Origin: Octopus vulgaris
Taxonomy: Eukaryota
Assembly (NCBI GenBank): GCA_951406725.2
Contig: OX597816.1
Coordinates: forward strand, 98,766,001-98,830,000
Reading direction: 5' to 3'
DNA: 64,000 nt
Below, in pieces: positions 13,551 through 27,582 of this stretch. Below the pieces are notes generated by a model. That model worked only from the letters and a program-made list of their open reading frames with translations, was not told the DNA's origin and searched no databases. The first letter of the stretch is position 1; the number at the start of each line of letters is the position of its first letter. The translations under genes and the position numbers were made by a program.

Positions 13551-14490
13551 TAATGGAGGAACTGAAACAGCGCCTATTGCAAATAAATCAAAGAGGATAA
13601 GATACCACCAAAGAGCGAAGGGTTACTACCAGAATAGTTTATTCAGAGTAGATCAGGAGAGATTCTATAAAGAAATTAATGAAGAGTGTACAGATGAAAA
13701 GTTGATACCAGACAACATGGAAAATCAAAGGTTTGGAGTCACATCTGGAGCAAAGCAAGGAGCACAAGAAGGATGCTGAATGGTTACAAGAACTGAAACC
13801 AACAGTAGCCTGTCCAAAACAGGCAGAACTAGTCATTTCAGTTAGGGAAGTGAAAGAAATCAGCAAAAAAAATGAGCAAATGGCTCCGACACTAGATGGA
13901 GTTCAAGGCTTCTGGAGCAAAAGATTTGGTGAATGTCATGCTGCGCAACTCAACACCTTGTTAAATGTCGACCAAGTAATACCATAGTTGTTGACATTGG
14001 GTAGGACAGAGCTATGTCTAAAAACATCGAAAATGCAATACGGCAAACAATTACAGGCCGATATCCTGTTTGCTACTTATGTCGAAGTTATTGACTGAAT
14101 ACACGCAGGGTCAATGTACGAACATCTAGACAAATGCAGTCCTGCTACATGAGGAGAATGGTTGCAAGCGTAAGTACAGAGGTACCACGGATCAGCTCCT
14201 GATAAACAAAACTGTTCTTAGAGAATACAAGAGAAGGAAGAGTAACTTAGCATGTCAAGGATCGACTATCGTAAGCCGTACGATATGATCCCACATTATG
14301 GAGTGTATGAACCTATTTGGTATTGCATCCAATATTGAGCGATTGTTTGGAAAAAGTATGGCGAATTGGAGGACGGACTTGACAGCATATGTAAGAAGTT
14401 TAGGAACAGTATAAATTAGGAGGGGCATCTTCCAAGGTGTCTGCCTGTCCCCACTGATCTTTGTACTGTCCTTGATACCACTAACACTAA
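13551..14490 (+). mobile_element. R4/Dong-clade non-LTR retrotransposon fragment, family 1 (pre-RT to QGD motif)
   Basis: Frameshifted translation: MEELKQRL..YYQNSLFRVDQERFYKEIN..HKKDAEWL..DGVQGFW..NYRPISCL..GTTDQLLINK..IDYRKPYDMIPH..IRRGIFQGVCLSPLIFVLSLIPL. Confidence 0.85.
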
Positions 14491-15392
14491 CAAAAGCGTA
14501 ATGGGGAGAGGGAGTCACATTGAAATAGGCTTCGTTTGATGTTGATATTATTAGTTTCGCTCATCCCATTATTATGGTTTAGAAGGAGACGTGTTTTCCA
14601 CTTGGCCATGGTACCTTGTAAGAATTTGTAGATGACAGGATATTTCTTGTATACCCCAACGGCCCTGAGTATCCAATTATGTGGAACACTATCAAACACT
14701 TTCCTATATGCTATCCATGCCATACTCAGATACTTTTTGCTCCGGCAATCCTCTATAATCATATTACTTATGATACAATCATATTACTTATCGGTAATTG
14801 GTCTTTGCACCCATTAAATTCCTTATACAACCTTTTTGATCTTGTGGAAGGGTAAACGTATGTTCAAAGAAAGCGTATATTGTGTCAGTTTATATGGATT
14901 TGAGACTCTCGTAGATGGTACTGTGACATGTTAGTGGTCCATAGTTCTTTGGGATTTTTTGCGTCTTCAGTTTTTGGTAGGAAGTATGTGTTGTTCCTTT
15001 GGTTAGCCAAGCAGGTATTTGCTCTGGGTTCTGGAGGACATCAGTCAGATATGAAATTTTGATGTAATTCTGTCGAACAATTTAGCCAGAATTTAGCAAT
15101 TGGGTATAGTCCTAGTGTTTTCCATTTGTGAGATATCCTAAGAACACATCTTAGCACTTGTATATCTACTGACACCTATTTCTGCTCTTCAACTTATCCA
15201 GTCTCTCTTTGTCGTGCTCTATCCTGTCAGCTTTAACATTATATTCTTTATCTTCTTCCAGAACTCTTCCATTTCCTCACTCTTAACTAGGTCCTTTTAC
15301 TTCTATTTTACTTTGGCCAATTTCCCTATAAAATTTCTTTGCATCCGTCTCATATCTTGTATTGTCGATACAATTTTATTCTCCTCCTCCAT
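14487..15392 (-). mobile_element. R4/Dong-clade non-LTR retrotransposon fragment, family 2 (pre-RT to QGD motif)
   Basis: Frameshifted translation: ETDAKKFYREIG..MEEFWKKI..PEQIPAWLTKG..LPKTEDAKNPK..QKGC..GCKDQL..LSMAWIAYRKVFDSVPHNWI..IKRSLFQCDSLSPLRFC (the last part is ORF 14487..14762). Confidence 0.85.
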
Positions 15393-15540
15393 CTTCTTCT
15401 TCTTCTTTTTCTTCTTCTGCTTCTGCCGCTTCTGCTGCTTCTGCTGCTTCTGCTGCTTCTGCTGCTTCTGCTTCCTCTGCTTCTTCTGTTTCTTCTGCTT
15501 CTTCTTCTTCTGCCTCATCTTCTTCTTCTTCTTCTTCTTC

Positions 15541-15638
<98 letters not shown>
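15393..15638. repeat. Compound (CTT)n/(CTTCTGCTG)n/(TTA)n microsatellite
   Basis: Directly visible; it accounts for the poly-L/S/Y/N/K ORFs. Confidence 0.95.
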
Positions 15639-15886
15639 TTGATAGACATATTTTCTGCTCATTCTACAGGATTACATACATGGATGGATATACACATCTT
15701 GGAATTAATGCTTAATTAAAGGATAACATACGGCATGAGGTAAGAAATATTTTGGTTTTATTTACACCCCTTTTATTTAGACGCATTTGACACAGTTTGG
15801 CGATCATATTATACATATTCTAAAGTGTGTAACGGTTAGAAATAAATATAAACCAAACGCACAATTACGTGCACACACACACATTC

Positions 15887-15912
15887 TGTGTGTATGTGTA
15901 TGGATGTGCATG

Positions 15913-16007
<95 letters not shown>
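15887..16007. repeat. (GT)n microsatellite
   Basis: Directly visible. Confidence 0.95.
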
Positions 16008-16009
<2 letters not shown>

Positions 16010-16232
16010 GTATTTAAAATTGAGTATACACTTGGTAATATGCTGTTGAAAGCGCGTTCAGTATCTTCGGTTACATGATGTCTTCGGCAGTATGGATATA
16101 GGTGTCATTGAATTTACTTCAGGAATCCGTCGAGCATATAACAAATGAGAAAAAGAGGAAATGAACACTCTCCATTAATCACAGTGATCGTTTCAACCTA
16201 TCTTGCATTGGTCCCTCACGTGTGAAGATTTT

Positions 16233-16764
16233 TGGTTGTGGTGCGTCATTTTGTGCAGATGTGTCCTGTCAGTCGACTATTCAAAAGTTAACTCGTTAAA
16301 TAAACTACGATTCACTTAGTTCGAATAAATTCATATTTTATTAGTTGCCTGTAGGCAGCTGTGCACGAGTTATCATTGTATGGAATGTCATGGAATGGAG
16401 TGCAGTTCATTTTAATAGATAATGGACCTACTTATAGTTAATTATAAATGAAAAACGTAAATAAGAATAAAAATTTAAAGGTATATTTATCTGAAATATA
16501 TTCAATTTTCACTTATCTATTTTCATACTTATATAGGTATTTTATTTATGATTAACTATAAGTAATTTCATCGCCCATAAAACTGTACTCCTTTCCATGT
16601 CATTCACAACCACAATATCCGTTTTACGCAACCAGCTACAAGCAGATAGCGAAATGTATTATAATCGACTAAACTAAGTGAAACCGAGTTTATTGAGCGA
16701 GATTCATTTGACAGTCACTTAATGGAACACGTCTGCACTGAATGGTGCACCACAACCACAACCA
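16233..16764. mobile_element. Decayed MITE/foldback-like element with imperfect inverted arms of about 90 bp
   Basis: 16233-16321 (tggttgtggtgcgtcattttgtgcagatgtgtcc...aataaactacgattcacttagtt) aligns with the reverse complement of 16672-16758 (tggttgtggtgcaccattcagtgcagacgtgttcc...aataaactcggtttcacttagtt). Confidence 0.6.
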
Positions 16765-18914
16765 GTTCTACTTGCCTGTATACATATATTTGTATGTACA
16801 TACATATATACAAGTTCGTGTTCCCTCAGACAAGGAAAACATTCGATGTTGATATTGCTTGGAGAAGAAAAAGTATCCTTATGAAATAATATGAGAGAGA
16901 AAAGAAGCAAAAAAGAAAGAAAAAACGATGGGATATTAATGATGTTCTCAAAATGTCGGACACATGCGTTTTTCTTTTGTAACTTAAAAACCTACGACAC
17001 ACTAAAATCAGCTGTTCTCATGTCTAAAATGAGATCGTATACTTTTGCGGAATACGTGGCCTCCATTGTCTCCATTTAGCGTCGAAACTTTGTGGGCAAA
17101 TTTTCGTTGGGAACGTCGGACTATTATTTGGGTTCAACAAAGTGTGTTCATAAAAGTAGCCGTGGGAAGATAGATTGTGTAGAAAGCGGGAATAAGACGC
17201 ATGTCAAATTCCTTTATTTGTGTTAATAGGAGGTGTTCCCTAAGTGAGTTACTAGAGTAAGTTAAAGTACTAGATTTTTATATGAAAGAATTTTGTCTTG
17301 CTTTTTATATAAGTTTTACAACAGAAACGGATGTGTACATGCATGATTTCTCAATGTAAAAACATCTTACATACACACGTACGTACACACACACACACAC
17401 ACGCCCGCACGCACACACAGACATATACGTGAATATAAGTATATATACACACGTACATTCACACACATATACATACTTATATACATACGTGTGTATGCAT
17501 ATTGCATTTCAATAACTTGTTTTCATTAAGAATCTCTAGAATAACAAAGTAGTACAGTTAGTTAATTCAACTGAAGTTATTTGATTTTAATAAGATTCCT
17601 GGAAACGAAATTAAAAACTAAGATATATTCATACACTCTTCCCTGTTTCGATAATATTACTGTTCACCCAGTTCTTGATTGTGTTGTGTCAGTTCTACAC
17701 AGAGACGTAAATTATATTTTCTTTATCACTGTCTGCTGCATGAATAACAGTCAAACTAGGGACGATTTTATTACATTGAACAACGTCTCACTTTCCTAAT
17801 GAATGCAAACCTGGAAAGTAATTCTTTTCATGTTGATAGCACAAGCGCAAGAAAGATGAGAGAACAATAATTCTATTTGAGCTCAACATTGAAAGAGACG
17901 TCACGAAAATTGCAAACATTATTTAGATTATCACCCAACACTTTTTACTACTACTACAACTTTTGCATTTACAAGATACTACCATTAAACAATTAATTTT
18001 AATCGACCTCATACACTTTGCATGTGTTAATGGACACAAGGAGATATTTCAAATTTTATGATGAATAAATATTGTTAAAACGAGTCTTCATCCATTTGCT
18101 TGGCCTTTCTCGTTTAAAGTGATGTTAACTTTATATGCATACCGCTGTCATCTTCCGTGTATCTCTGTTTCTCCCTGGAGATAACAGTAGGCAGAAGACT
18201 CAGATTTATTATACTGCCACTTTGATTTAATAACATCTCTCAAATCATCTAATACCAGACAGCTGGTGATGCAGCTAAACTGAACATACTACAAGGCTGT
18301 TGGAAACTTTTAGAATAATGCCGAATTCATTAATAGTCAATTTGTCATTGCTGATTACTAATCGAACTAAAATGACTAATCAATTAATTTCATTGTTATC
18401 TCTGTGCTGATAAATCTGAAATGTCATGACATCATTGGAATATATAATCATCATTCTCACAATGATTATCAACATGGATGTCTCTGACACAACCACAGCT
18501 ACTACCTACACCCTCTTCTTCAGCAATACCACTTCTTGAATATTTTCCTCCTCCCTTTCCCCTCATCATCATCATCATCAAAGGAGGTAGGTGGCTCAAA
18601 GGATGCCCAATCCTGTTGTCAATGAGGAAAACAATCAGAGATGGTACGTCAAACAGAAGATAAAAGTTTGCTCGTTAGTGTTAGAATTGTGACACACCGA
18701 AAGATATTTAAGAAACACGATGATCAAGGATTGAAAGCTAGAATGAGAAACGGTAGAGAAACGAGAGAGAAAACAAGATCAATACCTGGAGGTGGCTAAG
18801 GCAGACTGAACTTAAAGAATGCACTGTGACATTTATTTGGAGTGTTGAGAACGAAAAATCATTAAATCGCCCTTTTATAGGATGTGTTGCATCAAAAATT
18901 AAGAGTTTCATATA

Positions 18915-19110
18915 TTACACGTATTTGCTTCAGTCATGTCACTGCAGCCATACTCAAGTACAGCCTTTAGTCGAACAAATCGACCCCAGAACTTATACTT
19001 TGTAAGCCTAGTACTTATTCGGTCCCTTTGCCGAACCGCAAAGTCACGGGGTGTTAGACACACATCGGTTGTCAAGCGATGGTGGGGTGACAAACACAGA
19101 CATATATATA

Positions 19111-19166
<56 letters not shown>

Positions 19167-19544
19167 TCCCGGGTTGATTCGGGGTTAACCACAGTAAGTA
19201 AGGTACTCAATACATAGCAGAGTAAAATTAATTTATTATATAGAGGAGCTTCTACAGGACTAGTACTGTTTCATTCAAGAGAAATATTTTTTTTTCTTCA
19301 AGATTTCTCTCTGAATGAAACAGTACTAGTCCTGTAGAAGCTCCTTCTATATAATAAATAAAAAAATATATATATATATATATATATATTACAGGTTTCT
19401 TTCAGATTCCGTCTTCCAAATCTACTCACAAGGCTTTGGTCGGCCCGAGGCTATACTAGAAGACGCTTTCCCAATGTGTCACGCAGTGAAACTGAACCAG
19501 GAACCATGTGTTTGGTAAGCAATCTACGTACCACACAGCCACTC
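18915..19544 (-). mobile_element. Composite SINE family A (head, internal (TA)n, tail), interrupted by a foldback insertion
   Basis: Tail 18915-19100 and head 19392-19544 are collinear with the intact copy at 31121-31559. Extra sequence at 19162-19365 sits inside the internal (TA)n. Confidence 0.8.
19231..19359. repeat. Near-perfect inverted repeat (about 55-bp arms) of a Penelope-like terminal sequence with hammerhead half-motifs
   Basis: Arms 19231-19285 and 19303-19359 differ by two 1-nt indels. Each arm carries GAAAC-AGTACTA-GTC reading outward. Confidence 0.85.
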
Positions 19545-19940
19545 GTAGTCAATTGGCAGAAAAGGAATACAAAAGGAAGCATGATAATGTAGCTAGGTAT
19601 GACTTAGAAACTGTGTGGAAATACAGTCTTGAAAGGACATTGGATTGGCACACCAGAAATAATGAGTGTAATATATTGTATGATATTACAATCCTATGTG
19701 ATCGAGTGATTGATGGTTGGAGAAGGGATTTTGGTGTTGTTGAGAAAGTGATGAATAAAATGAATATCATAGATATTGGCATATATAGGGAAGCACGAGG
19801 GGTGGACAAAGAGCTAGAAAAGATTGAAAGCTACAAGTTACTTGAATAAGATTGTCTGTATTTGAATAATGAAAACGGAAACTGACATCCCAGTAGCTGT
19901 AGGTTCATTAGGAGTATTAACAACCAGATGTGAGAAATTT
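19545..19940 (+). mobile_element. R4/Dong-clade restriction-like endonuclease (RLE) domain remnant
   Basis: ORF 19508..19849: SQLAEKEYKRKHDNVARY..ILYDITILCDRVIDGWRRDFGVV..IIDIGI..KELEKIESYKLL, then IPVAVGSLG. These match the RHD, (P)D..D and K..KY motifs. Confidence 0.8.
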
Positions 19941-22900
19941 GCTCATAGCAATGTATGTCCAAAAATAGCAATGTATGTCGAATGACTGCAATGTATTCTA
20001 TATGACATATGTTTTCTTAGGCTTAGTAACGTCAAGAATTAAATTGAGGAATAGAAAATTTCACCGAATTGTCAGTTTCTTTTTTCTTAAATGATTCTTC
20101 CATTGTTCTTTAATTTTCAGTTTTATGTCACGCATCCAAAACTGAAATAAAATTAAATGGTCGAATGAAATACTATTATATGCATATGTGTGTTTCCATT
20201 GCTACAGTCCTCTTCTGAATACAATGAATGCGCGTAAAAACAGACACTCACAATCATATATACATAATACGTAATGGGACCTTCAAAATGTTTGCGAACC
20301 AAAAAATACCCAAATAATTATAGGATGGCAATTATCAATTAGCGTTTTTGGCAATATAAGATGGTACCCATAATTCCAATAGCAATTGTAACCGGTAATT
20401 TTTCAAGGATTTTGATTTACAATTCATTAATTTAATTTTTGGATTGATAATTAAATGGACTATTTTGTGTTTTGTATCTATTTATCTGTGTGTATATGAA
20501 CGATCCTTTCAATTTCAGTATAAATTCCTTCATGGAAAGATTCTACTTCTTCACGTTGCTTAAAACATACCCTGTGGCTCGAAACTTACGCTCAGAAAAG
20601 TGGTTAATATTTATGTTTAGAATTTCTAAACCCATGTCAAAGCGTTAACGATTTCGCTAGTATGTAAATGTTTAACGTTTCATAAAATTTTCAAATATAT
20701 TCACAGAAAAGAACATCTAAGAGACGATGGTGGAAACACTTCGCTATTTCAACGATAATAGTGCTTTCTCTACATATTATTCTGTTTCTTTATACTAGCG
20801 CTTAGTTAGTAAATTGCAGAATTGTATAAAATTACGAGACAATTTACAAAGATAAAGCTGGACTCAATTAAAAATTATGGAAATAGTTCCAGGCATGGAA
20901 CATGTTTGATTTTTTAATGCGTTTAATGAAGGAAAATATATTCACAAGAAAACAGAATGAGTTTCTCATTTTGTTTTATATCTTCAGTTCAGTTTATTTT
21001 ATTTTTACTAGAAGTCTTCTGTCTCCGAAAACTGAATCGGATGATCCGCTGGTTGACATTAATTCTAATAAAATGTGTTTATACCCCGCCCCCAGTTTTC
21101 GTTGTTGCAATTTTAAAACGGAGATAATATATCTTCAATTCAAGAATATGAAAGAGTGTGGATAGGAAAATGTTGAAAATGTTATGAATTGTTTCAACGA
21201 ATGATTTTAATCTCAATATGCTGTCAAATATAGGTAATATAAAGTTTAAAATAACAAATCCTTCCTTCATTATTTCTTTCCTTCCTGTCTTTCTTCCTTT
21301 GCTAACCAATGTAATACTATAAAAAGTTATTCTTTGTGAAATTGATCGTACATAACACTTTCTTGCATCATTTAAATGTCAGAGAATATATAATATGGAA
21401 AGGTGTAAATGATGAACTGTAGTATAACTACCGAACCGGCACTCACGTCATATATGTGCTCCAGCTATGCAATGTACAAAATCAGTCTCAACGCGAATTT
21501 CAAAATGTAATCTCAGCGTTACTATCGTTTTCTTATCAGTATGATAACTTTGATTCTGAAAGCTATCCCAGGAGAATTATGCATACATCTCAGAGCTAGA
21601 ATCAGGCAGATATTTTACTTTTGCTTAAGCAAGAAACTCAAAGTAAATATGTTTTGGTCTCTTTAATATATTATTTGCTAGACTGAATTACTGGAATATG
21701 CGCGATCAAGGTATTGTCTTAAAGCTTTATCAGATGATAATAACATTCTTTTCATATAATTTCTATACCATGTATTGTTTCTATGGAAACTACATATATG
21801 AGAAATGCTATATATTTTAGCAGCATTCAACAGAAATTCCATTATGTTATTAGATTCCATCAATAAGACATATACGTCAGTATCGGAATACCAATTTTCT
21901 ATAAATGCTCGATTTCATAATGAATTTTCCTAACCTGTGTTGTATACAATTCTTTGAATGTCTTTAGAGGAGAAATACATTTAAAATGGCAAAACTTTCC
22001 AGAGTATATGGTGGCATAAATATATTTGAAAGGTTTTAGATAAGGCACATTTCCCAAATTATATGTGAATAATATATATTTTTTATCTTACGAGCCAGAT
22101 TTTTGGGAAACTAAAAATGTTTATAAATACATATAAAACTGCAATATCCATATAGATGAAGCGGTAGGTTCTTTCCATCTAAACATTAGATTTCGGGTAA
22201 CACCAACACAAAGATGAACTTTATTCCTGAGTTATACCTTTTAATAATATTACTCAGTCAAATGCATGGAAGAACATATATATTTGATATCCTAGAAATA
22301 GCAGATAAATCTCTCGTAACTCACTTTTTATCATGTTAAAATAATAGACTGGATAAACTAATTTTATATATCACTTATTTGACAATAACTTTCGTTGTTC
22401 AATAAAAAAAAAATAGATTTATATTCATTAATCCTATCTATTGACTTGTTCATATGAACTATGTTTATATTTTCTGAGCATATATAAACGATATCCTTAC
22501 TGCTAAACCTTCTAATTTAGCCAAAGCAAATATGTAAATATACTAGAAAGTCAGCCTTGTAAAACTGAAGCATCTATATATAAATTTCTAGAAATTTCGA
22601 TCAACCAAAACTGCATGAACTCAATAATCAGTTAAATGGTACGAGAAATGGCAAATTTTAACGAGGATTCTGCAACCATATATCATGCAAGCATATAAAA
22701 CAAATCACTGTTATATCTGCTTACGAATGAACACACTACACCATGTGAAAGATACGAGATTCACACAACATATTAAGTAGAATATTTGCAGCATACACCC
22801 CCCCACACACACACACACGTATGTACACGTGCGCGTGTGTGTGTAACGTATTATGTATTAATTTCTTCGATTGTTTTCCGATCTCATGCTAAAAATATAT

Positions 22901-25900
22901 GTTAAATTAATAACATAGAGGAAACGAGACTGAAACACCAACCAGCATGCATATATATGTATGAATATTAGGCAATATTTGGCTGTGAGAAGTTATCAAA
23001 AATCTGCTGTAATCAAGAAATAGACTACAATGCTATAGAAAACGGAAATTAGGAGGCTCCATATTTTCAAATTGTAAAAACATTTTTCAGTTAATCAGTG
23101 ATAACCCGAGCAATCGACCAGCCGTCTTGTAGTTTCGCCTCCTGTAAATGTATTTTTATTTTTATTTTCTACTTTCAACCGATTAGAAAAACCTTTACTA
23201 AAGATACAATATTAAGTACTTTACGTGGAAGATCTCTAGAGCTTGGGGCATCAAATCATACTTCTAATGGTATTAGATATTTAATTTTGTCGTGGGGAAC
23301 GTAAATCAGGATAAAGTCCCTGAAATCATATAAGCAGTCATCGAACTGCTGACATCTCTCAATTTTTCTTAACAGTAAAGGTGAAAATACAAATAAAATT
23401 CAGAAACCTAAATTTAGCTATGTATTTCAGGGAAGTGTATGATTATGAGTCACCCATGAATACAACCATTAATCATCCAAAATACAAGGACACTAGTTAA
23501 GTATATAAAAAAAACATACATATACATATGTACACTTCTATATTTGTATATTATGTGTTTGTGTGTGTATCCATATTTCACGACTATGTTCGAGTTTTAT
23601 CTTCATTATATATTTTTGGTGTTTTGTTATCGGAGAATTTTGCAGGTAGTTTGAAACCTTGCATTGTGTTGGGATAAAGAAATGTTTATATTCTGTGAGC
23701 AAACGATATAAACGAGCATAATTCGATACAAATATTTATAGATCCTGTTTGGTTTTGCTGCATTAAATTAATAATTGCTTAAAGGTTAACATACGCTCTT
23801 GTGTCATTAAGGTAAGGCCTACCATTTCCTTTTCCGTTTTGTTCCATATTCAGATAGACATGTCATAAATACGCGTATAGCAATATATTTTCTGGAACGG
23901 AAGGACATGATTATACTTATTTATACTTCTCGTTCATGATAAATACGATAATTAACAGTTATATATTAGGTCAATTCCTTTGCCAGTAAACCCAAATCCA
24001 ACAAACATCAACATTTCCTATAGAAAAAATCAAACTCATAGTGGTTCTGAAGAGTAAAAAGTAAAACAAAATATACACTAGACTTGCTGAGAATAAAATG
24101 GTATTGCTTCCTGTCGATGTTTCTAAATTGATTTCAATCAATAAACATATCAATATATATACAAGCACACTCACACACACGTGCGCCTATACATAATACA
24201 TACATATATATCTCAGTTGGCTATTGAATAAATTCAGCATTAACTCTATAAATCCTTTTTCGTAATAGACTTTCTTTGCTATTTATATTCTAGGCATTGT
24301 AAAACAAAGATTTTTGATAAATAGAATTAAATATATTCAATCAAAAAGCAAATCTTTCATTATTTATTAATACTACTATAAATATATTTGATAAATGTCG
24401 AATACCATATTAAGCCATATATACGTTTTTTATGTTTTTATTTTGGATATTATATTACTCATATTTTTAATGCAACTCTCTTAATCTTCATTGCAATGTT
24501 TTTTTCGGCATCATTTTGATCCATTCGTAAGATTAATGTGCTATAGTTTATACTTTAGAGTTATTTTACTCCGGTATGCTTCTTTTAACGTCCTAGAAAT
24601 TCCTTATAATTTTTATTGTACGGATAACCGCTCTAAACACTAAGTATTCACTGTGCGAAGAGACTTGACATGAAAAATTATGAAACACCTTCCGTTCCCA
24701 AAAAATTTGTTTTATTGAAACTTGCAAGTAGTGGTATTTTTAAAATAAAGGCTCATTCGTTAGTTGGTAATATACAAATGGCATTGACCAGTGTACACTG
24801 AATATTCAGTTGAAGGAATATACAGATATATATAGTTTGAGAGAAAAATAAAAGAGAGAGAGAGACATAATTTTGAATATTTTAGGGAATCTGATTATAA
24901 CTAAGTATAAACTTAGGTATACTCTGTAGCAATAACCAGATGATGTTTCATTAATAAATTTAAAAAACCTAGGATAAACACATGTATTATTGTATAGCAA
25001 CGTAATCATTTGTCGTTCATGTTTCTCAGAAATGCAAATAGTGAACGTAATATGGTGTATACTATATCGTAGGGTATTGGGTCATACAGCAACATCACTC
25101 TATGTGCCATAGATCATTCTAAGGTCGCATTTGGCGATAACACTGTCTACTGTTACAAACACTGTACTTTGAATGCATTTATAAGTAACTCGTTAAAATA
25201 TCCAATAAAATTTCTATAGCGGGAAACTTAAGCTGTGATATTTAACATACATATCATTTTCAATAACGGTAGGTGATATTAGGAGAAAAACGGGGAGACA
25301 TAATTATATTCTTTCAATAGTAATTTTCTTTTGCGTGGTACGCGTACATTATTTCTTGTGGAAAGCATTCCAATGATAGCTGTGCATAACTTTACCAAGA
25401 CTATAGGTAGCTGTAATGAATCGAATGATTTTCTCAGAACTGAAATCGTTCTCGAATCTAACATTACAATTATTCTATCATTTTTTTCTCAGTACATTTA
25501 TATGTTAAGGATAAACATCATCAAGGTAGCACATTATTTATTGTAATACAATACAGTATACAGATACTGGCATAATGAGTCGAAGCCTTTACGCAGGAAG
25601 TGAAACTCTCTCTAACGAATCCAAAGAAATATAGTTCTTAGTATACGTTTCCGCTAACCTAGTTTATGATGATATTGCATTACTTCACATCATATTGATT
25701 CTAAGACGTTCCGTATTAAAAATAAACATAACATGAATTTGGCATCGGAAAGTAATGATGATATTGTCATTTGTTGTGATTTTCATAAATTATATACATT
25801 TATATAAATTGCAACACAAAATTCCTGAATAATTTTGAATCATTTTTCAAGAATTGTTGATAGAATTTAATGAAAGGCTGCCGCTAAAAATCTGTCTTTG

Positions 25901-26551
25901 ATAATATTTTCTATGTAGAAAATAAGCAGTATGCAATATAGAGACATGATGACCAAGAAAACCTTACATAACATCATTATAAAGAGAACAACTTTTTAGG
26001 TAATGAGTTCAAATTCCACCAATACCAACTTAAACTTTTAAGTTTAGAATAAATAAAGAATCATTGAAGCACTTAGGTTCGTAGCATCGAGTAATCTCCT
26101 CTTGCAAAAGTTCATTGCAACTATCTATAGCAAAAATATCCTGTTATATAAAATTCTATACAGCTCAAAAGTTGCAATTTCTGTCTCATACATAATAAGA
26201 AACTTTTAATCGCAGCCTTCCCAATATCTTAGCGGTTAGAGATTAAAAGAAAAAAAATAATATTTATATAAATAACATGAATGTATGAATAAAAGAAGAA
26301 AATATAATTTCCATGGTATGGAAACTCCAGAGGCACATTTCATATTATATTATTTTCATATTAATATAAGTTGAAGGCTGACATAGGTTAGGAAAGTGCA
26401 GCTGAGTGAGATAAATTTCCAGCAACAGAAAAGGAACAGCACATTTACAGAAACATAATTTTGCTTGTATATACCTTGCTAACAACATTCCCAAACAAAC
26501 TGATAATTTTCTCTGTCAATCTCTGTTTCTTTCTTTATCTCTCTCTCTCTC

Positions 26552-26598
<47 letters not shown>

Positions 26599-26724
26599 GT
26601 GTGTGTGGGTATACAATCATCAAAACGTATATATGTAAATAACATACGTACATGTACATATACACACGCACACACATCTGTACATATATATACATATATA
26701 TCATTTTGTCAACACATATGTATG

Positions 26725-26790
<66 letters not shown>

Positions 26791-27531
26791 TGTGTGTGTG
26801 CATGTGTATGTATGTTCACTATAAATGAAGGTCGGACTTGCATTTTTCAACCTTTGACACTGTAGGCGAACTTTTGTTAGAAAGTAATTTTGGTTAATAT
26901 ATACCAGTCTGGACAGAAATATTGAGGCTATGCTAATGATTTTTGTAGCTGCAAATTGAGACTCTTTCATCTTAACTTTCAGTCATTGCTCCTCGTAAAG
27001 CCTTGGTTAAGAAATCACATACAAATCTATATAAACAGATGAAATTGTTTGTTAATGGAAATGGCGTAATTTACGAGCAACACAAACACAAAGATCATGT
27101 GTGTGTGTGTGTGTGTGTGTGTGCGTGCGTGCGTGCGCGAGTGTATTTATATACTACTTTTGCTTTTTCCTGTTTCTCTATATGTAATCGTGGTAGTGCA
27201 TATAGATTTTCTGTCAAACAAATACAATTTATATCCAAGAATTATATCGTATATAATGAAGGAAAACTTCCATGAAATTTAGAATTGCACAAAACATCAA
27301 ACATACTCTCGTTTTCGCAGTAACATTACAAACATTAATATTGCGAAAAAGAAATAAGTTCCTAGGAAGTTAGGGCATTACAAAATATTACACTCTAAAG
27401 GTTTCTACAACTAATAGTAGATTCAGGAGTAACATGAGAAAGCGAGAATACAAAGGTGCACAAATATACTATATGTGTATATATATGTATATATATATAT
27501 ATTTATATATATATATATATGTGTATGTATG

Positions 27532-27582
<51 letters not shown>

